In this document: positions 1-8,525 of the stretch, piece by piece | Position numbering within the stretch: the stretch's first letter is position 1 | Layout of the letters: each line of letters begins with the position of its first letter | Assembly (NCBI GenBank): GCA_023231475.1 | Contig: JALJEE010003220.1 | Location: 47,785-67,784 of the forward strand | Source of the DNA: Seison nebaliae | Lineage: Eukaryota | DNA length: 20,000 bases | Reading direction: 5' to 3' | Translations under genes and position numbers: made by a program | The notes under the pieces: model-generated | Database searches by the model: none | The model's input: only the letters and a program-made list of their open reading frames with translations | What the model was told of the DNA's origin: nothing

Positions 1-5
1 AACAA

Positions 6-467
6 ATGTCTCACATATCACGAGAGATGAAATATTTATTGAAATTATTATCGAAAATGTATTCACAGAATATCGATTGTAAATCCACATTAGCTGCACT
101 TCTCGTACTTCTCATTCAAGAGAAGGAATTATATCAATTGAATTTATTGAAAAATCAATCGGTCGTTAATACTGGAAGGAGTGAGAGGACAAAAGAGAAA
201 AAGAAAATTTCAAATTTCCATCCCAATAATGATTTATCACCAACCATTCGTTTTGATAACAATGACGGTAATGAAGAACATGTGCATTTGTTAAACGATT
301 CAATCGATACACATCAAATCAAATTTGCCACATTATGGCATTGGCTGAAAAGTGGTAGCTCATCATTAAAAATGCCCGTTTGGTTAAATACCGTTTTCTT
401 CGCCACACCACCCCAATCACAACAACAACAACAGAAACCACTGCCCCAACAACAGTTTTGTGAATAG
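6..467 (+). CDS. 3' part of an unknown protein-coding gene (frame open to the window edge; Gln-rich C-terminus)
   Basis: 153-codon stop-free frame in very AT-rich DNA, open back to position 3; helical-looking segment, WHWL..MPVWL motif and CAA-repeat polyQ tail. Family not recognised. Confidence 0.55.
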   Translation: MSHISREMKYLLKLLSKMYSQNIDCKSTLAALLVLLIQEKELYQLNLLKNQSVVNTGRSERTKEKKKISNFHPNNDLSPTIRFDNNDGNEEHVHLLNDSIDTHQIKFATLWHWLKSGSSSLKMPVWLNTVFFATPPQSQQQQQKPLPQQQFCE

Positions 468-776
468 AAATTTATTTTCAACTAAACGTCTCGTTCCAAT
501 TTTCGATTTGGAGTCTATTATCCGTTTTATGTTCGGCATATGGTCCCGTACGTGGAATTCGTTTCTGACAAAGATCGATCCATTCGAAAATCATATCGTA
601 AAAACCTGGAATGAGAATAGAAGAATATATTATTCATTTTCCCCATATTCAATTTTGTGATTCAAATTTAATTTAATCCAAATCAAATTTTTTCCTTTTC
701 CTCTCCTCGATCATCCACTCCCCGTTCACTCACATCACCAATGATGACATTGTATCATCATTCAATTTCACGTAAT

Positions 777-1653
777 TTATTTAAATAAACTTTTTGAAAA
801 CGATTTTCTTTCTCCTCTTTTAACAATTACATCATAATAATAACCTATTAATTGTAAGAGAACTCGAATGAGAACTGTGGTACATAGAACAATTGTCGGT
901 ACGCAATTTAAGAGAATAATAAAATTTTGATGAATTTTATCGCTCACTATCTGGACTATATGAAATCGTTCTTCATCACGACGTTTTCGATAGAGAGCTA
1001 AATCGTCGTCATATTTACAGTATCGATAACAACGCGTTTCCTCGATCGTATTATAAGATGCACAAGGAACAGACATACATTCTCTAGTTCGTACACGGAA
1101 ACCTGCATGAGTACACACTTTCGCCCTAACCCAACACGTGGAGAGATGAAGTGAATTGATGAATTGAGAGAAAAATGTTGAACTTATAATCTAAATATTT
1201 ATCAGCGTCATTGGTAGTGGGAGCGATGTAACAATCACTCCAAGCAGACCACGAAGAGAAACGATGTTGACAAGTCGTTAGGAGTGAATGATGATAATCT
1301 TTAATTATTTCGTCTAAAGGAACATAACAGACACGCCGAGTTTTACATGCTTGTGCTAAACCGAGTAATTCCACCATAACCTCATAGTCAATCTTTTGAT
1401 CCATAATCGGAACTAACATATCACTCTCTTTACATTTGTAGAATTTGATACTAGAACATTGATTCGTCGCATTGTTTCCCATGAGATGGAGACAGGAATA
1501 AATATATGATCTATCCATTTTATGGACCATATAGTATTGGAGGATTTGACGAATATCATAATGATGAAGTAAATTGATGACTTTGAAAGCTCTGCTCATT
1601 TTATTTGACATTAACATTAACATGAATAACGACAAGATGTTAGTTGAGCGCAT
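777..1653 (-). CDS. Signal peptide + thrombospondin type-1 (TSP1) repeat + C-terminal TM protein, about 272 aa, 2 exons (1653-1184, 1125-777)
   Basis: Removing GT..AG intron 1126-1183 (58 nt) joins the two ORFs in frame (..DYK|AKVCTH..), giving WSAWSDC...C..GFRVRTREC...C, the TSP1 consensus. Hydrophobic N-terminus (MRSTNILSLFMLMLMS) and hydrophobic segment FIILLNCVPTIVLCTTVLIRVLLQLIGY followed by a basic tail. Confidence 0.75.
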
Positions 1654-1759
1654 TATTCCGTTTGTGACGTAAAACGATTATTAATAAGAAAACTCGTTTA
1701 AACTTTGAAAATAAAGTGATTGTTGGAAACTATTCGAATTTAAGGGGAGGGGATGACTT

Positions 1760-2030
1760 GAGAATGTTTGTGTCATTTCTCGTATCTTTACCAAGCGTAC
1801 TCATCTAGAAATGTCATTGTCATGACAACTGAAAAAGTTGGAGGTGAAGGGGAGGAAGTTACAGGTAACACACAATGACGTGATCAACATCGACGGGAGA
1901 GTGTTGGGAGAAAAACGGTAAATTTCCGAAAAAATCCTTCTCATTGTCATGAAGAAGGATAGCGGCGATGTGAACGCAGTTGCTAGGGGAGAGTGGACCG
2001 ATAGATATGGAGGAAGCAGAATAATAAAAG
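1760..2030 (-). mobile_element. Possible degenerate non-LTR retrotransposon (LINE) ORF2 fragment, endonuclease-RT linker region
   Basis: CT-rich minus strand like the LINE at 19.0-19.8 kb; frame reads TSPLSFFMTMRRIFSEIY...LPFTSNFFSCHDNDISR*VRLVK, loosely resembling the pre-RT 'FSSIY...DI...I..LK' linker. Weak similarity. Confidence 0.3.
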
Positions 2031-2441
2031 GAATTGAAATTATTCCAGTCATAATGTTTATTGCTTAATTCATTATTTCTAGTATAAATGTAATTTGTAT
2101 AAATGATTATACAAATCGAAAGGAACACAATAAATTCCACAAAGGAAACTTTTCTTGATTTCTTCCAATCAAATAGAGAAATCTTTAACTTCCACATCTC
2201 CCCCAACTCTATTTCTTTTCCAGTACATTTTTTTTAATATCAAGTTTCCCTTCAAATCATTAGAATCACACAGAAGATTTATTAAAGAAACAAATTTCCT
2301 TCTCAAAACAAAAATTTCATTTTTATTCAAAACAATCGAATCTTTTTCAATAATATTTCTTCCCTTTTATTCCACTCTACTAAAAATATTACTGGAGTTA
2401 AATTTACATCACACTTTTTACGCTAGTCATTCACACGCAAC

Positions 2442-2915
2442 ATGGGCAATTCATATGGTTCTGACAATTTCATGACAGAAGCCATTAAAACCCACAACGA
2501 ATATAGGAAGAAACACGGCATCGATAAATTGGAACACAATAACGAATTAGATCGTCTAGCTGACGGTTTCGCGAAAGAGATTGCAAAATCTGGTCAAATT
2601 TATCATGGTCGAACGCGCTACAAAAATGGACAAGTGGGAGAGAATATCGCTATGTATTTCTCACCAGCCGGTACAGAACTAACTGGTCGTCTCGCAACTG
2701 ATATGTGGTATAGGGAAGGAGCGAAACATGACTACAATGAAGACCATCAAAATGGTACTGGTCATTTTACTCAAGTTATTTGGAAATCGACGAGAGAAGT
2801 CGGATTCGGTCGAGCTAAAGCTGATGACGGTAGATGGTTCTTCGTCGCTTTTTATTATCCACCCGGAAATATATTAAATCGATATCGTGACAATGTTCTT
2901 CCTCTCAAAAAATGA
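2442..2915 (+). CDS. GLIPR2: GLIPR2/GAPR-1-like CAP (SCP/PR-1) domain protein, 157 aa, intronless
   Basis: HNEYRKKHG, GENIA, WYRE, GHFTQVIWKST and YYPPGN CAP motifs; H/E/E/H tetrad present; no signal peptide or Cys; N-terminal MGNSYGS is compatible with myristoylation as in GAPR-1. Confidence 0.9.
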   Translation: MGNSYGSDNFMTEAIKTHNEYRKKHGIDKLEHNNELDRLADGFAKEIAKSGQIYHGRTRYKNGQVGENIAMYFSPAGTELTGRLATDMWYREGAKHDYNEDHQNGTGHFTQVIWKSTREVGFGRAKADDGRWFFVAFYYPPGNILNRYRDNVLPLKK

Positions 2916-3264
2916 TAAACTAGTAAAATTATTCTTTTATATTTTTATGTTGAAAAAAATTTCTAATAATTTCTAATTAGTTTCAAAACTGATTTATAGA
3001 AATTTCGTATTTACTTAATTAAAAAATCGTTTTTTCTTCTTCTTCTTCTTCTCGATGAATTTGTGGAGAATTCTCAAAAATTAATTCCATTAAAATTTTA
3101 TTTGACATTAAAATTTCAATTCCACAAATTTCCACAACTTACCGTTTGAACAACAATAAATTTCAGTTATTGATCTGATGATTTTCAGTTGAATGAACTT
3201 GTAATTTAACTTGTAAATTTGAAACGATCAGAATTTTTCATTCATAAATATTTTTATTGGAGAT

Positions 3265-4388
3265 TCAATAGACGATATCTAACGGATTAGTTGTCGTTAA
3301 AGATTTGTAGATTCTTTTTGATAATTCTTTTCCAACTATCCGTCTCGATTGAATCACTCCATTACTTCGACGGATTTCGACGTTTGTTAATAATTCAGAG
3401 GAAGTACATTCATCCGAATGAGAATATGCGTCGAACAATTTACGAGGAGTTGAATATTCTTCCGTGATTGCTTCAGCAATCTCCATGGAAACGGAAGAGA
3501 TTTGAGTTAACATCAATTTCCAAATATGTTTTATTTGTGATGAAGAAGAAGTAGCGTTTAACGAACCTAAATTACTGGAAGTTGAATTGGATTGATTAAT
3601 GGATGATGGATCGATTACTTGTCCATCCAACGAGACCATATCACTCAAATTGATTTTCCTTTTACAAATTTATAAAAATTTACAATAAACAAACTTTAAA
3701 CTTAGTTGGTAATTGAGAAATGGATTTAGTGACACAATAAATTATTTGAGAGATTTGTTCACTCGATTCACAGAATCGGAAAATGCATTTGTTGTTAAAA
3801 GAGAACTGTGTTCTAATGAATTCTTTTTCAAATTGTTTCACAGAGAATAAATTATTCTTATTCTTTTTCAACTTCTTCATTAGACTCAACCAACAACCGA
3901 CTAATATTAAGAAATTTTCAGCTGAGGCAAATGTGGAGGATAGATGAGTGACATATGACTGAAAATTATTTCCATTCAATAATTCCCATAATTCATCTCC
4001 CGTCATCACATGCAGAATTATTGGTAATTGTTTCTTTTCTGTTTCGATGTTAATCTGATAAGAATTAAACGATTTTTATTCAAACAAAATTAACTGACGG
4101 TTCTACATTCCTTTGATCGATGGAATAAGTGGAACGATTCTCCGTCCAACACACACAATTCTTGAACGGAAGTTTCTCCATCGAACATTGAATATCGTTC
4201 GATTGTAATCGAGAGAGACATTCGGCACTCTTCATTGGTAAGTTTAACCATTCCTCATCGAACCAAACGTGCAAATTCTTCAAAATATTTCCCGGTTTCA
4301 CTTGATTGGAATTTCCACTCTCAACTTTCTTCTCTAATTGTGCTAACTTCCTTCGACGTTTCTCATCTTCGCTTAATCTATTTGGCAT
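3265..4388 (-). CDS. EME1: Crossover junction endonuclease subunit EME1 (MUS81 partner), about 346 aa, 3 exons (4388-4095, 4054-3702, 3658-3265)
   Basis: C-terminus IWKLMLTQISSVSMEIAEAITEEYSTPRKLFDAY...LLTNVEIRRSNGVIQSRRIVGKELSKRIYKSLTT matches the EME1 (HhH)2 region; middle exon fits the inactive ERCC4 domain (CVTKSISQLPTK). Introns 4055-4094 (40 nt) and 3659-3701 (43 nt) join the three ORFs in frame. Confidence 0.87.
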
Positions 4389-4767
4389 TTTTAATTTTTT
4401 TAATCGTCTTTAGCTTAAATTTAATTTAGACGACTTCAATTAGTTATTTATATATAGATATATACGTATATAATATATCAATTAGCTGTAGCTGACTATA
4501 TTTCCTTCTTTCTCATAATAAAGAATTTTATTTTATTCAATTCATCAAAGTTGATCATTTTATATTTTTCAAATTATTTTCTTGATGAAAATGATTTTTT
4601 TCTCATAAAATTTCCCTAAAGTTCTGATGAATTTATGAATTATTTTTCTATAAAATTTCTGATAATGATTCATGATTTGTTTTCGAAAGAAAATGATATA
4701 GAGAGATTTTAAATTTTATTATTAAATATATGTGTTCTTAACTGAAAAAATATATTGTAGGAAAAAA

Positions 4768-5422
4768 TTACAAATTATTCTCACATTCCACTGTCATGTC
4801 GATGAGAAGTTTCTTTTTCTTGTGCATGATTCGATAGAAGTCGAGAAGTAAATCTTCGTCATCGAAAACGTCATTTTGATCGTCATCCAACTTACATTTA
4901 TTCAACAGATGTTCTATATAATAAGTGACCACGTTCTCCGAATTGAGATTTCGAGCAACTCGAATATCTTTTGTAGTGGGATCATTTTTCTCTAAATTCA
5001 CATTACTAAAAATAAAAAAAGTTTATGATGAAAAGACGAAAGAGAAAAATTGACGATTTGATATTAATTTCACTTAAATTTTCCGTTTTCTTTTTAATGG
5101 AGAACATTCCGTTCATTTTTTCCGTTTTACATTCGTCATCCTCCGATTCATCGTTTGACGATAGTCTCATCGTGTACATATTCTTTGAATATAAATTATT
5201 CAGTAAGATCTGTCCATCATCGTCGTCTGAATCAACCTCACTATCAGACGATGGTTCTATATCAGTCGCGTAATTCTCTAGAGTTTCATCATTTGGCAAC
5301 TGATAATTGTCTAAGGCAAATGCCGAATTATCTCCATCATCTTCTTCCTCATTTTCATGGATGAACACTCGATCATCTGATTCGATACTCAGTCCCTTCA
5401 CTGAATTAATGATGTTCTTCAT
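4768..5422 (-). CDS. Acidic, low-complexity hypothetical protein, about 200 aa, probably 2 exons
   Basis: Two consecutive D/E-rich ORFs separated by a U-rich stretch ending TTTTAG; intron 5006-5054 (49 nt) restores the frame (an alternative GTGAAA donor with a downstream AG also works). First ATG at 5422. Confidence 0.55.
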
Positions 5423-5672
5423 TTTTAATTCGTGACGTAATCCCACTAAAATTCCCAAGTTTAATTTCCTTTATGGTTGTCAGTCAGACTAGATTGTGTC
5501 ATCAATCAAATTAATATTTCACATTATTCACCATAATAGTCTTACATAGGTATAGTATTTCTTAATCTGACAGACGGAAACATCTCTCTAATCCCCAATA
5601 GTTGTAATTAATTTAAGTCTTAAAATAAATTTCATATTCGCTTTCGATCACCACAACTAGTAACCATGACAA

Positions 5673-5692
5673 ATATATATATATATATATAT
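5673..5692. repeat. (AT)10 microsatellite
   Basis: Direct reading of the sequence; lies at the left edge of the TE-fragment block. Confidence 0.95.
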
Positions 5693-5749
5693 AAAATAAA
5701 ATGGGGCCAAACATATATTGCCATTGGAATACGTATAAATAATCTAATG

Positions 5750-6030
5750 ACGGAATCTAATTTCCACGTTTCTCATCTTTCAAGCGACGATCTTTTTCAT
5801 AATCGATCAGTATTCTGTCATACCCTTCGGTACTACGGTTTGTCGCAGAATATTCATCTACAGGATTTCAGAGATTTTATTTTTTCATACGACCCCACGG
5901 AATCTATGCCCATCGATCGGGAATCTCCCGCTGAATTACGTAGACTGATCAATATTGGCGAAGATCCAAATTTTTTTACTTTATTTTCTTCTTTATCCCG
6001 ACGGGAATTTCATTAATAAAATAATAATAA
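5750..6030 (+). mobile_element. 3'-terminal fragment of a LINE (ORF2 C-terminus + TAA-rich tail)
   Basis: SVFCHTLRYYGLSQNIHLQDFRDFIFSY aligns without gaps to SIFSHTIAYYSLNHSPLSTEFREFIFSF of the RT-bearing element at 19.0-19.8 kb; ends in a TCCC-GAC-GGGA hairpin and taataaaataataataa tail. Confidence 0.72.
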
Positions 6031-6059
6031 TTATTAATTAATTTAATAATTGTTCAAAC

Positions 6060-6250
6060 TTTGTTCAAACATCTGATGTGAACACCTTTCAAGAATAGCA
6101 TCTTTGAACAATGTATAGGAGTTTCATGAAATATGTTTTTTATAAATCCAGACTCCAAACTTTTCGTTCGAAAAATGTATATTCTGTTGGTGTTCGTTCG
6201 GACAGCTCTAATTGGAAGAAGACTTATCACTGACAATTTGTACAGTAATC
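6060..6250 (-). pseudogene. Possible fragment of an A32-like (Polinton/Maverick-type) packaging ATPase
   Basis: LLPIRAVRTNTNRIYIFRTKSLESGFIKNIFHE resembles the post-sensor 'LP...IR.N.N.I.LF......I..I' motif; ITVQ lies just upstream in a shifted frame. Short, no Walker motifs. Confidence 0.28.
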
Positions 6251-6409
6251 TATCTCATTTTCTTTTTATCTTACCCCGATGGAACTTGATTATATAATAA
6301 AAAAACTTGATAAATTTTGCTGGTTTTATTTGAATATATCCAATAGTGTAAAAAAATATGTTTTTGATGTATTATTGGAACAAGAGATCTGAAGAAATTG
6401 ATCTCTAAT

Positions 6410-6643
6410 ATGTCGTCGAAGAATTCCGACGAAAGCGTCCCTGACGCTCCATCAATCTCTGAGGAGATGTTGGATGCTATACAGAAGATAGAAAACAATC
6501 TGTTAAAGAACGGTCAGCCCACAAAACGTATCACGTCAAAAAAAGGTCGATCAAGTTCTAGATCTGCCAGAGTGACGAATGGTCAGCTTCTCAGTGGCAT
6601 TGACAGACTGAAAGAAACATTGGGGAAGAAAGATTCGGTTTGA
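6410..6643 (+). pseudogene. Truncated ORF start (basic/Ser-rich then coiled-coil-like), possibly the N-terminus of a retroelement ORF1
   Basis: MSSKNSDESV...KKGRSSSRSARVTNGQLLSGIDRLKETLGKK; more GC-rich than its flanks; ends where the opposite-strand Tc1 fragment ends. Confidence 0.3.
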
Positions 6644-6659
6644 AAAAAAGAAAGGTTTG

Positions 6660-7452
6660 AAATTGAAGAACAAATGCAACTCTTGCGCCAAAAGATTGGT
6701 ACAAGTTTTTGATTAATTGTTGCGGTAGTTGATTCCATGCATTTTGTATGCCTTTTTTCAAATTTTCAATTGAATCACATTGAATTCTATCGCGGTAAGT
6801 TTCGCGACTAAGCCAAGACCATACTTCCTCAATGATATTGAGGTCTGGACTAATAGCTGGCCAGTTTATGGGCTTAATTTCATTTTTTTCCAAATATGAT
6901 TTGGTGAAGGCGGATGTATGCGGCCTGGTATTATCTTGTTGAAAGACTTTTCCAGGATTTGATGATAGCATTGGAATCAAAAATTCATCCAGTATTTCAC
7001 AATATTTTTCTGAATTAATACGACCACCATTTATAAAACATATTTCCGATTTACAATCAAGGTCAATAGCAGCCCAAACTGTAACCCCTTTAAGTCTACC
7101 AAATTGACTTTTTGAAAAAACTTTCTCTTCCGTGCGGATGTCATGCCAATAATATGAGTATCCGTCGGGACCATCTAGGTTAAACTTTTTTTCATCCAAA
7201 AAAACTAGACTCTTGAAATTCAACCCTTCGCTTAACCACTTAGAGCAAGCTTCCACCCTTTTTTTCTTATGTTCTTCTTTCATTTTGGGTACGGCATTCA
7301 ATTTTCTTCTTTCTAAGTTTTCATTCTTCTTGATTGCCAATCTAACCGACTCCGTTGAAATAGATAAATTGAGGTTTTCTTTGATTTTTCGACAAGAATG
7401 ACGACTATTGGTAGCCTCTTTACAGATTAAATGGTTGACTCGGTCACTAATT
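6660..7452 (-). mobile_element. Tc1/Tc3-like DD34E transposase, internal fragment (second HTH + complete catalytic domain)
   Basis: VFLDEKKFNLDGPDGYSYYWHD, VTVWAAI, FQQDNTRPH-(34 aa spacing D to E)-WPAISPDLNIIEEVW. Frame extends upstream of the called ORF as ISDRVNHLICKEATNSRHSCRKIKENLNLSISTESVRLAIK (Tc3-like HTH2). First HTH, normal C-terminus and TIRs not seen. Confidence 0.92.
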
Positions 7453-7950
7453 TCAATCTATATGTTCCGCTTTCTTCAAAGAATCTATGGCGGAATCGAT
7501 GCTGATAAATATACTTCTTTTTTCTTGTTTATTGTCAAATTTTATAATATTTTCATCGTTAAGATTAGATATTGATTTGGGAATCTGGAACAAAATATTT
7601 TCAGCTACAGGGATTTTCTCAATAATACTATTTCGTACTCGGTGTAATGTTCTTTTTATTACCGAGAGTTCCGGTAATTCTTTAATAATTTCATCGGATA
7701 AATTCTCAACGCTTACTGCATACGCATTTGAAACGTCATAACCGGAATTCTTCACTAAATCTTTCATTTTACTATAAGCTTTCATGCTTTCAAAAGAACA
7801 TCGGTTCATCGTTAAGCAACCACTTTTCACAAAGATCTTTATTGTATTATTATGTCCTTCCGAACAATTATTGGTACGTGGTAGATCATGCATAGTTCGT
7901 GAATAATTATTCCACAACTTTATAGGAAATAAAGCAGTTGAAATAAGAGA
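7453..7950 (-). mobile_element. Mutator-like (FLYWCH-MULE type) transposase fragments fused in permuted order
   Basis: ALFPIKLWNNYSRTMHDLPRTNNCSEGHNN (MULE C-terminal catalytic-Glu motif) followed in frame by KMKDLVKNS...ELPELSVIKRTLHRVR...IPKS...IIKFDN...RSIFIS..AIDSLKKAEHI (the region that normally precedes the DGTF motif). Confidence 0.82.
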
Positions 7951-8312
7951 GAAAAAAAATTTTTTTTTGAACTTTTTTTTGGACATTTGATTATAAATAT
8001 CTTTACTAATATCTAATCAAATACATCGTAATACGCACCATTGGATAGAAGATAAAAAATCGATAAAAAAGAATATATGCTATTTTATGATGTTACTCTC
8101 TTCATAACTACTTTAAAGCGTCAAAAACTAAAGTGGTTGAAAAAAAAGAGGACCAATTTTCTCATTGAGCAATTATCACCGATCATGATCCTCCGAAGGT
8201 GAACGTTAATAATTATTAACACTAATTTATGTCTATACCTAATTCAGAAAAAGCCCTACCTAATTATGTCAAAATTACCTCCCTTCAAAATTTCTAAATT
8301 CTCCGGGATATT

Positions 8313-8410
8313 TTCCTACAATAATCCACACGATTTGTATAGTAGTATAGGATTATACTATACTATACTATAGGATATCTATACACAATTTATAGGAGTT
8401 TTGTATAGGA
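8313..8410. repeat. Degenerate palindromic TATAG/CTATA-rich element (MITE-like relic)
   Basis: Inner arms gtatagtagtata / tatactatactatac around 8350-8353; outer imperfect arms tcctacaataatcc / ggagttttgtatagga. Confidence 0.45.
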
Positions 8411-8525
8411 GGAACACTTGCTTTTCAAATTTCAGACATCAAAATTTTTGTACGTAAAAAATACATTTTGTTCGTGTTCGTTTCTCCAGCGTGGTTAAAG
8501 TTTAATATAATAAAAATTGAAGAAA

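Noticed and set aside
460..660. 66-aa ORF overlapping the upstream stop
   Set aside because: No recognisable motif; probably 3' UTR or a chance ORF.
1126..1128. Stop-codon readthrough or alternative genetic code to explain adjacent split ORFs
   Set aside because: Adjacent ORFs are in different frames and are joined cleanly by short GT-AG introns; the 2.7k-codon UTP20 ORF reads normally in the standard code.
1859..2475. ORFs 1859-2206 (-) and 2155-2475 (+) as membrane proteins
   Set aside because: Hydrophobicity derives from T-rich intergenic DNA; non-ATG starts; no family motifs.
6591..7986. Functional MULE-Tc1 fusion transposase
   Set aside because: The two frames differ and the MULE frame stops at 7453; no convincing intron joins them.
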